From Pyrolobus fumarii 1A (lineage in GTDB: Archaea; Thermoproteota; Thermoprotei_A; Sulfolobales; Pyrodictiaceae): a DNA stretch of 32,000 bases. The notes beneath the pieces were generated by a model that saw nothing but the letters and a program-made list of their open reading frames with translations, did not search any database and had not been told where the DNA came from. The stretch covers positions 1,110,001 through 1,142,000 of the forward strand of contig NC_015931.1 in NCBI RefSeq assembly GCF_000223395.1, in the 5' to 3' direction. Positions 8,638 to 15,984 of this stretch are shown in pieces (within the stretch, counting starts at the first letter, position 1; every line of letters starts with the position of its first letter). A program made the translations under genes and the position numbers.

Positions 8638-9207
8638 TTGCTTTGCTGTGTTCTTCCCGGGGCACCGCCCATCATGATTATTGTTGCTATCCCTCGGAGG
8701 CTTGTAGATGCTATCCGTAGACGCGGCCACGTAGACGTAGAGTCTTTCGTCTTGGAGGCTGTTGAGCGCGCATTGGATCTCGACCCTGAGGAGGAGCTGG
8801 AGACTCGTGTTGCTGTAGCCGAGCATATGCTTCGGCGTGCTAGGGATGTGCTCGAGAAGGGCGATGCCGTGCAGGCTAGCGAGAAGCTCTACAAGGCGGT
8901 AGAGGAGTGCATCAAGGTACTGGCCTGCCTCGAGGGCCTCGAGGAGTGTAGAAGAGCGAGAGAAGAAGGTCAATGGTGGACGAAACTGCTGAGTAGAGCT
9001 GCTCGTAAACTCTCCGTGAGGCTTAACGAGCCACTGGTGCTTGAAGCATGGGGACACGCGTACGACTTGCACGTCCACGGGTTTCACGAGCACGCGCTGG
9101 ATGCAGAGAACGTGGCTAGGTCAGTCCCTGTTGTGGAGAAGCTAGTCAGCTACACCAAAAGGATACTTGGAGAGAGGATCCGGCGCGACGGCAACAAGGC
9201 CGGTTGA
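8638..9207 (+). CDS. PaREP1-family protein with N-terminal RHH-like segment; probable start ATG 8674 (MIIVAIPRRL)
   Basis: LEKGDAVQASEKLYKAVEECIKVLA ... EAWGHAYDLHVHGFHE matches the PaREP1 hallmark (KGD-VQASEK ... LH-NFYE), as also seen in 20077-20607. Confidence 0.7.
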   Translation: MLCCVLPGAPPIMIIVAIPRRLVDAIRRRGHVDVESFVLEAVERALDLDPEEELETRVAVAEHMLRRARDVLEKGDAVQASEKLYKAVEECIKVLACLEGLEECRRAREEGQWWTKLLSRAARKLSVRLNEPLVLEAWGHAYDLHVHGFHEHALDAENVARSVPVVEKLVSYTKRILGERIRRDGNKAG

Positions 9208-9359
9208 AATACATCCTGGTCCTCGCGATGCACATAACCGTTCATCTAAACCCGCTCACGACATGTGTTGTTCATAGGTAGCGCTATGCTCCATAACGAG
9301 CCACTAGCCTATAGTAAAGTGGGCTTTACCCCGGAGGCCTAGAGTGTAGCGACACGGCA

Positions 9360-9983
9360 CTAGGATGCTCGTAGCTTTCCTCTTAGGTGGCTTAACGCTT
9401 GTTCGTGCTCCTGGCTCCATGCTCTGGCTTCTTCTAGCTTGGGTTTCACCCTCTCGACTATCTCTAGGAGCGTCTCTACCAGGTAGAGTATGTCTTGCCG
9501 TGCTTCCTCCTCGTCGGGGTACTTGCTGAGCGTCATGCCGGGGTCTGGCCCGTGATACTGGTAGTCATGGAGGTTGAGCGCCGTGTCTGTCAGGGAGCGG
9601 ATGTGCTTGTAGCCTAGTTGCTCGAGGAGCCTGGAGAGGGGCTTCAGCCTAGCCGTGGGCACCCTGGGTATCCCGACCTCCTCTAGCCACCTTCTCTCAT
9701 CCTCACTCCTCAGCAGGTTGTCCAACCTGGGCTTCTCCAGGGCGAGAAGAGCCGCTATCAGCGCCCTCCAGGCTTGGAATGTCTTGCCTGCCGCGTTGCG
9801 CGTGTAGCCCTCCTCGAGGAACCGGAGGGCGAGCAACGCCTCCAGGAGAGACTCCAGCAGCCTAGCGCCAGCGTAGCCCGTGAGATCCCGCTGCGGCTTT
9901 GGCAGCGGTCTCTCCAAGGCACGTGTAGTTACCGTCACCTCGCAAAACCCGTGTGACATGTATCTCCCAGAATGTATAAACAT
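9360..9983 (-). CDS. PaREP1-like protein (divergent)
   Basis: LEEGYTRNAAGKTFQAWRALIAALLAL ... ALNLHDYQYHGPD follows the same helix pattern as the PaREP1 genes, with a longer insert. Confidence 0.5.
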   Translation of the reverse strand: MFIHSGRYMSHGFCEVTVTTRALERPLPKPQRDLTGYAGARLLESLLEALLALRFLEEGYTRNAAGKTFQAWRALIAALLALEKPRLDNLLRSEDERRWLEEVGIPRVPTARLKPLSRLLEQLGYKHIRSLTDTALNLHDYQYHGPDPGMTLSKYPDEEEARQDILYLVETLLEIVERVKPKLEEARAWSQEHEQALSHLRGKLRAS

Positions 9984-10049
9984 TGGCGGCTCTGCACACG
10001 CCGCGAGACTCCTTCGGCCATTACCGAGGGAGGATGCTTGGGATGGGAG

Positions 10050-10976
10050 CTAGTGCTGCCTGCTCTTGCCGAGGAGGTAGCCTATCAGTGCGGCTGTTAG
10101 CGTGAGGAGTAGCCAGGGTAGGGGTTCGGGTTCTCCGGCTCCCGCTGCACCCTCTCCAATCGTCATCGTCAATGTTACTGTTGTAGTTATGGCTGTGATT
10201 ATGGTTCTGGGCGTGAAGGTTACCGTCGTAAACCTCGTGACTGTCTCTGTGATTGTGGTGGTCTGTCCCGGCCTCTCGACGGTCACGGTCTCCACGATGT
10301 TCCTGATTGTTGTTCTTGTCACGGTGATTGTGACCGTCACGGTATGCGTGACTGTCCTAGTCTCCTTCTCCTCCCTGCACTCGGCTAGAGCCTCCGTCTT
10401 GGGGGCATAGAGGGGCCAGGTGGGGCGGAACTCGTTGGGGTAGTCGCGGGGCTCTGCTAGGCCCCGCTCCAGTAGCCACGCGTTGACGTTTAGGAGTGTA
10501 GTCTCGTTATGGTCTATGAGGAGCACGCCAACTATCCTCCCGTACTTGTCAAACACGTACACATCATCAACGTCTATATAGAGCGTCTCGTGGCCCGCGA
10601 GGAGCGCTTGAAGCGCACGCTTAGCCTTGATGCCCTCCGGCGTGTCAATCTCCGGGGCGTTCACGTCAGCAAGCCGAAGCCTCCCCTCGAACCCCACCAG
10701 CTCCGAGAACCTCTCTGAGCAGGCTTTCACCACGACAATCCTGACAGTGTCGCCGTCCACCACGTACTCCAGCCTCGCTATCACATCTACACGCTGCGCG
10801 GTTGCAAACAGCGGAGTAGCAACAACCAACGCTAGAACTGCGAGTATAGACACGAGTGTCAATGTAGAGATCGGCGACTGTAAACCATTGGCGGCGGGCA
10901 CACCCGTATGTGAATGGCCGTGGGCTAGCTTGTTTCCCACGGCTCTCACCGTGTAAGAGCAAGCATTGTGCGCCAC
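10050..10976 (-). CDS. Membrane-anchored thermonuclease (staphylococcal nuclease/SNase fold) with Thr/Val-rich stalk and C-terminal TM helix
   Basis: YVVDGDTVRI ... RLRLADVNAPEIDTPEG ... DKYGRIVGVLL ... NAWLLERGLAE is the SNase signature. N-terminal hydrophobic segment LVSILAVLALVVATPLFATA. TV-rich region aa 206-273 (nt 10158-10361). C-terminal LPWLLLTLTAALIGYLLGKSR. Confidence 0.85.
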   Translation of the reverse strand: MAHNACSYTVRAVGNKLAHGHSHTGVPAANGLQSPISTLTLVSILAVLALVVATPLFATAQRVDVIARLEYVVDGDTVRIVVVKACSERFSELVGFEGRLRLADVNAPEIDTPEGIKAKRALQALLAGHETLYIDVDDVYVFDKYGRIVGVLLIDHNETTLLNVNAWLLERGLAEPRDYPNEFRPTWPLYAPKTEALAECREEKETRTVTHTVTVTITVTRTTIRNIVETVTVERPGQTTTITETVTRFTTVTFTPRTIITAITTTVTLTMTIGEGAAGAGEPEPLPWLLLTLTAALIGYLLGKSRQH

Positions 10977-11186
10977 CTAGACTGGGTCAAAAGCTCGCAG
11001 CGCCCAATAGCATAGGGTGTGGCGCCACTCTGGGGCCGGTCGCGAATAGTGCTCGGGGGGAAGCCCTGCCCCTAGAGGGGGCGCGTTTACGCGTGAGGGT
11101 CTATGCGGGGACTCGCCTTATCCAGGATATGGGGTTTAGCTCGTCACTCTGTTACGCGGTGGCATCTGTGCCTGCATGTTCGTCTT

Positions 11187-12005
11187 CTAGGTTAGCGGCT
11201 GGTTTGGCGTGCAGGCTGTCTGGGCTGTTATCGTGGCGAGGCGCCCCCGTAGCTCCTCCATGAGTATCGGGCATTCGAAGCCGAGGTTGTCCCAGAAGTG
11301 TTGGCATTGTATCTTACACTCGATGGCGAAGGGGAAGAGTAGCTTGTCGTGCATGAATAGTGTCACTTTGTGGTGCTCCGTGTGTATGGATAGTGGTAGT
11401 GTCCGTGTGATCCCCCGGAGGGCTAGCCGTATCCCGCTGCGCAGGTAGCCGGGTGGTACCCCGAGCCTGTGCGCTAGCTCGTCCAGCACCTCTGTGAAGC
11501 TGGCGCCGTCGCGCAGGTATGCTAGTATCGCTTCTTTGAGCAGCCTCAGGACATGTATTGACGCCTCGTCTATCTTGCATATCGTCATGTTCTTTAGCGT
11601 TAGCCTCCTCCTCTGGGCTTCGACGCCAAGGATGTATAGGAATCCTAGGAGCTCCTCCGGGGTGGCCCTAAGCCCCCATATCCTCCCCATACACTCCGCG
11701 AACATGTTCACATCGATGATGTTGTTCACGTAGAGCGTTATGCACCCCTTGGCGGATAGGGCTAGCGTCTCTCTAGACCCGTCAACGGGTACGACGACGC
11801 GCTTCTCTAGCAGCTTCTTCGCCTTACGGTAGACGGTCGCCACGTTGAGCTGAGCCATGCGCGCGATCTTGTAGGGTGTTGCTGCGCCCGCTCTCAGGTA
11901 GTAGAGCAGTATCCTCTTCTCGGCGTCGTCAACGTCGGGTGTTAGCTGGCGCCAGATGCTCTTGACCATCTCTTCCAGGGTATCCAGGGTATATGCGCCG
12001 GTCAT
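11187..12005 (-). CDS. Winged-helix transcriptional regulator (TrmB/ArsR-like N-terminus) with uncharacterised C-terminal domain
   Basis: RILLYYLRAGAATPYKIARMAQLNVATVYRKAKKLLEKRVVVPV has an HTH plus wing pattern. Confidence 0.6.
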   Translation of the reverse strand: MTGAYTLDTLEEMVKSIWRQLTPDVDDAEKRILLYYLRAGAATPYKIARMAQLNVATVYRKAKKLLEKRVVVPVDGSRETLALSAKGCITLYVNNIIDVNMFAECMGRIWGLRATPEELLGFLYILGVEAQRRRLTLKNMTICKIDEASIHVLRLLKEAILAYLRDGASFTEVLDELAHRLGVPPGYLRSGIRLALRGITRTLPLSIHTEHHKVTLFMHDKLLFPFAIECKIQCQHFWDNLGFECPILMEELRGRLATITAQTACTPNQPLT

Positions 12006-12193
12006 ACACCATCAATAGTTGGAAACGCCATTTTAGACTAGAAATAGTTGGTGCCGTACATGTGGGGCTAGTAAGCCCTCTTATCATGGCCGTTGAGAAG
12101 AGGCTACTAGAGGCCACGCCACCGGGTAATCAAGCGTCTTGATAACAACGCGGATTAGAATGGTGCTCTGTTGTTCTACCCGGTGCTGGGAGG

Positions 12194-13237
12194 ATGGTAA
12201 CGAGGAGGGAGTTCATAAAGAGCTTCACGTTCGCGATCCTCGGTGGCCTGGCGGCTTCCAGCGTTGCGCCCACAGCTAGTGCTGCTGGCGCCACCGGTAA
12301 GGGGGAGGCGCCTCCACTCCCGTGGCCGTACGTCAAGCTCGACCCGGAGGAGACGAGGAAGCTTGGGCACCTCGGGTACTACGCCTTCGAGTGTGCGGGT
12401 GGAGCGTTCTGGGCTATAGCGGTCCAGCTCCGGGAGAAGATAGGCTACCCGTGGACCCTCCTACCCATACCGAGCCGCGAGGAGGTACTCAGGGCGGTCA
12501 ACGAAGGTGGTCACGGGCACCTAGCTTGCCCGATGCAATACGGGTATGGCGGCGCGGTAGGCTGGTCTACGCTGTGCGGCTCGCTCAACGGCAGCCTCTT
12601 CATAATAAACATGGTTGCGGAGAACCGCGACTGGGACAAGATCGGAAAGGCGCTGATGAGGTGGTATGAGACCTTTCCCTTCCCAAGCGACAAGATGAAC
12701 GAGTATGTCACCCGCGGCGAGGTTTACGTGAAGAGAGAGCGGTTGAAGAGCAGCAAGTGGCTCCCGAGGAGCGTGAGCGGCTCTGTCCTATGCCACGTGT
12801 CTGTTAGCAAATGGTGTGTGGTCTCCGGCTACGCGAGCGGCTCCAAGGAGAGGGCCGAGAGGTGCGCGAGGCTAACGGGCGACGTTGCCGCGAAAACCGT
12901 CGAGCTTCTCAACGCGTACTTCGAGGGTAGGCTCGAGGAGGTCACGAAGATCAAGCTGTCACCGACGACTGTGGGCTGCAGAGTCTGCCACTATAAGGGC
13001 AAGGAGTACGAGATAGGACAGTTCACGCGAGGCTATATGCAGTGCGAGACGTGCCATCACGATCTGCGACCGCACGCCCACACGATAGTCGCGTTCGGCC
13101 AGCAGCCTAGCAGCGAGCTGCAAGCGACGCCCGCCAAGAGGGAGTTCGAGAGCCTAACGAGAGCCGCGATAGGCTCCACCATCGCGATAGGCGCTCTGAC
13201 TGGAGTCCTCGCTGTCGCCCGTAAGCGCAGCAAGTAA
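12194..13237 (+). CDS. Tat-signal C_GCAxxG_C_C-family redox protein fused to a di-CxxCH segment and a C-terminal TM anchor
   Basis: Twin-arginine motif TRREFIKS plus hydrophobic region and ASAAGA. Cys motifs FECAGGAFWA, TLCGSLNG, SVLCHVSVSKWC. CRVCH (12977-12991) and CETCH (13043-13057). C-terminal IAIGALTGVLAVARKRSK. Confidence 0.7.
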   Translation: MVTRREFIKSFTFAILGGLAASSVAPTASAAGATGKGEAPPLPWPYVKLDPEETRKLGHLGYYAFECAGGAFWAIAVQLREKIGYPWTLLPIPSREEVLRAVNEGGHGHLACPMQYGYGGAVGWSTLCGSLNGSLFIINMVAENRDWDKIGKALMRWYETFPFPSDKMNEYVTRGEVYVKRERLKSSKWLPRSVSGSVLCHVSVSKWCVVSGYASGSKERAERCARLTGDVAAKTVELLNAYFEGRLEEVTKIKLSPTTVGCRVCHYKGKEYEIGQFTRGYMQCETCHHDLRPHAHTIVAFGQQPSSELQATPAKREFESLTRAAIGSTIAIGALTGVLAVARKRSK

Positions 13238-13258
13238 CACCCTGGGGGTGACGTTCCT

Positions 13259-14245
13259 ATGACCGCTAGGCTGTACTCCCCGGGGCGGCTCATAGGCAGC
13301 TTCATAGCAACCTCGATAGTGCTTGGCCTTGGCTGGGCGCTTGTCTACGAGTATGCCATCAAGGTGTTGATGAGGGAGGGCCACTTGAAACTCCAGAGGC
13401 TGCTAGAGTTTGACCTCGTGAGTACGCTCTGGTGGAGGGATTTCATAGCGCTGGCTTTCGACCTGCTGATCATAATAGTCGCGGCGATAGGAACATGGTG
13501 GGTCGTGGCGCACTTCGTGCTTGAGGCTCGTGAGGCTGGCAAATGGCGCCTCTACTACAACAGCCCGGAGGGTAGGCGCGACACCTGGGTACCGAGGCTA
13601 ACCGCATGGCAGAGGGTGCAACACCTCTGGCTCATGATCACGTTCATAGTCTGCGCCGTGACGGGCATGGCGGCGCACCTCGACGTGCTGGCGGACCGCG
13701 CTACGCTACTCACGATACACGTGTACTCCGGCATAGCAATGGGCATCCTCGCAATCATACACGTGGTGTACTATGGGGTGCAGGCGCTGGTCGCCAAGGC
13801 TAGAGGCGAGAGCCTACGCGAGAAGTTCCCCATGCTCGAGATATACAGCATCCGCTACGTTAAGAACCTCGTGAAGGCGCTTATACACCCGTTCTACCCG
13901 CGCGTGAAGCCAGAGCCCTACGGCAAGTACGACCCGGAGCAGATCTTCGAGTACTGGGGCGTCTACTGGGGTATGGCCGTACTCGGCATACCAGGCGTAC
14001 TCCTGGCGCTCTACGGCCCGAGCATCCTCGACGGAATCCTATGGGTCATGCACTGGAAGGAGGCGATACTAGCAATAACGTTCATACTGATGGTGCACAT
14101 GGGCTACACGCACCTAAGGCCAAGCATCTTCCCGATAGACACGACATTCATACACGGCAAGATGCCGATGAAGAGGGTGAAGGAGGAGCACCCGCGATGG
14201 GCGCAGGAGCTGGCCGGAGAGGCACAAGAACAGACCAGCGGATGA
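13259..14245 (+). CDS. Polytopic membrane protein, b-type cytochrome-like (FdnI/HyaC-type)
   Basis: WQRVQHLWLMITFIVCAVTGMAAH, IHVYSGIAMGILAIIHVVYY and HWKEAILAITFILMVHMGYTH place His residues inside predicted TM helices. It starts 22 nt after the preceding gene. Confidence 0.65.
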   Translation: MTARLYSPGRLIGSFIATSIVLGLGWALVYEYAIKVLMREGHLKLQRLLEFDLVSTLWWRDFIALAFDLLIIIVAAIGTWWVVAHFVLEAREAGKWRLYYNSPEGRRDTWVPRLTAWQRVQHLWLMITFIVCAVTGMAAHLDVLADRATLLTIHVYSGIAMGILAIIHVVYYGVQALVAKARGESLREKFPMLEIYSIRYVKNLVKALIHPFYPRVKPEPYGKYDPEQIFEYWGVYWGMAVLGIPGVLLALYGPSILDGILWVMHWKEAILAITFILMVHMGYTHLRPSIFPIDTTFIHGKMPMKRVKEEHPRWAQELAGEAQEQTSG

Positions 14246-14537
14246 GCACCGCTACTCTCCGCCACACGCGGGGCCCGCGCCACGGGACGCCCAAACATCG
14301 AGACGCGCTAAAAGCCGCTAGACACTGTTTTGCCCTCCGCCCAGCTGGCGGCTTCTTCCGTTGCTAACGTCGTCTGGACGTGTGGCTAGAGATGTTCGCG
14401 GGTAACTCGCTTGGAGTATTGACCTGGCCCTCTGGCCTTTAAGAGCTTGAGACTCGCAGGTGGCAAAATACGAGTTTATTTTTCCGTGGAGGCGCATGGC
14501 ACGGGACGAGCCGTCATCTGCGCGTGACGCTGGGCTG

Positions 14538-14975
14538 TTACTTTTCAGGCTCGACTACGATTACGTCGATGCCCTTGGCTATGTTGACTAGCTTGGAGGT
14601 GACGCTGCCTAGGAGTTTCACTGCGAGGCCGCGTCCCCTCCTACCGACGACTATCGCGCTGCAACCCTTGCCCTTCGCGACGTCGAGGAGGCTTTCGGCT
14701 GGGTCGCCCTCGACGACCATGGTCTCTATCTCGACGTTATACCTTCCGCGTATGTCCTCGGCCAGCTTGTCTAGACCCTCCCGCACCGCCTCGAGTACCT
14801 GCTGGGAGGGTACGGGCTCTGGTAGGAGGAACTCGCCGAGGAGGATGGAGGGCGTGGGCACCACAGTAACTATGACCAGCTTGGCGCCGAGCTTCTCCGC
14901 GAGCATTGCCGCCTTCTCAACCGCCTTCTTCGCGGCGTCGCTACCGTCGAAACCCGCGACTATACACGTGTACAA
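14538..14975 (-). CDS. uspA: Universal stress protein (UspA family)
   Basis: IVAGFDGSDAAKKAVEKAAMLAEKLGAKLVIVTVV ... IVVGRRGRGLAVKLLGSVTSKLV is the ATP-binding USP motif G-2x-G-9x-G(S/T). Confidence 0.9.
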   Translation of the reverse strand: MYTCIVAGFDGSDAAKKAVEKAAMLAEKLGAKLVIVTVVPTPSILLGEFLLPEPVPSQQVLEAVREGLDKLAEDIRGRYNVEIETMVVEGDPAESLLDVAKGKGCSAIVVGRRGRGLAVKLLGSVTSKLVNIAKGIDVIVVEPEK

Positions 14976-15127
14976 GGCCTCGTGCCCCTAGGATAACCCA
15001 CGCCTAGACGTTAAACACCTTGTGACGGGGCGTGGCTACCACTAGCTGAGCCGCTGTGATAGTCGCGCCGTTCATCACTCCTTCGTGTCTCGTGGCTCCG
15101 GGTGTCACCGCGTCCTAGCCGGGCTGA

Positions 15128-15457
15128 TTGGCGGAGCGGGGGAGCAGAGCTAGGGGGATAGGGATGCCCGTGATGCTCGTTGTTTTCGACCCGGATGGGC
15201 TCCCTGTTGACGTGCGTGGCGCTGAGCTGCTAGACCCGGAGCTTGTAGCGGCTATAGGGGCTACCCTCTGGAGGGTGTCTGGTGAGATTGGGGAGAGCCT
15301 AGGGTCTAGGGTTGACCGTGTGAGTCTACGCGCCGGGCCCCTGCACCTTGAGCTCAAGTTCGGCGTGGATGCCGGCTATGCGGTCGTGATAGACGAGGTG
15401 GCTGCGGGTCTAGTTGGGCTCCCGGAGGATGACGCAGCGGAGCCCCTCAGCGCCTAG
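15128..15457 (+). CDS. Small Roadblock/LC7-like protein (tentative); probable start ATG 15164
   Basis: MPVMLVVFDPDGLPVDVRG...AAIGATLWRVSGEIGESLGSRVDRVSLRAGPLHLELKF..GYAVVI shows a Roadblock-like alternating pattern. Family call is weak. Confidence 0.4.
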   Translation: MAERGSRARGIGMPVMLVVFDPDGLPVDVRGAELLDPELVAAIGATLWRVSGEIGESLGSRVDRVSLRAGPLHLELKFGVDAGYAVVIDEVAAGLVGLPEDDAAEPLSA

Positions 15458-15513
15458 ACCGCTCCCGCTTTTACAAGCCGCTCTTCCTCCTCGTCACCCC
15501 GGGGCGCAGCCTC

Positions 15514-15906
15514 TTGACTACAAGAGCACGCGACATTATGTCCACAAGCCTCGTGACCGCTAGACCAGAGGAGCCCGTACGCGAGGTTGTCAAGAGGATG
15601 GTGGAGCATAGCGTGGGTAGCGTGCTCATAGTGGATGATGAGGGTAGGCTAGCCGGGATATTCACCGAGCGCGACCTAGCCAGGCTAGTTGCACGCGGCG
15701 CCAGCCTCGAGGAGCCCGTGAGCAAGTACATGTCGAGGAGCCCAGTCACAGCTTCACCCGACGAGCCCCTCGCCAAGATAGCCACCAAGATGATAGAGCA
15801 TTGGCTCCGTCACATACCGGTGGTCGACGAGCAGGGTAGGCCCCTAGGAGTGATAAGCATACGTGACGTACTACGCGTAATAGCCTCGTTCGAGTCCTTC
15901 CCCTAA
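15514..15906 (+). CDS. CBS-domain pair protein
   Basis: Two CBS repeats: ARDIMSTSLVTARPEEPVREVVKRMVEHSVGSVLIVDDEGRLAGIFTERDL and VSKYMSRSPVTASPDEPLAKIATKMIEHWLRHIPVVDEQGRPLGVISIRDVL. Confidence 0.9.
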   Translation: MTTRARDIMSTSLVTARPEEPVREVVKRMVEHSVGSVLIVDDEGRLAGIFTERDLARLVARGASLEEPVSKYMSRSPVTASPDEPLAKIATKMIEHWLRHIPVVDEQGRPLGVISIRDVLRVIASFESFP

Positions 15907-15984
15907 CGTCTACCCACGCACACCTCCTTACACACGATGATGCGTTTTCACAGTGTCGCGCCGACATGTTTTCGGTGCGACGAG

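Noticed and set aside
8568-8640. Direct repeat atgatgttt x2 as C-box pair or regulatory repeat
   Set aside because: It is short (9-10 nt), has no D boxes, and the second copy simply overlaps the start region of the PaREP1 ORF.
10102-10410. 102-aa Val-rich plus-strand ORF
   Set aside because: It is the reverse-complement shadow of the Thr/Val-rich stalk of the SNase gene.
14524-14991. 155-aa plus-strand ORF fully overlapping the USP gene
   Set aside because: The minus-strand frame gives a textbook UspA sequence. The plus-strand product is low-complexity Ser/Thr/Pro/Ala, as is typical of antisense frames in GC-rich DNA.
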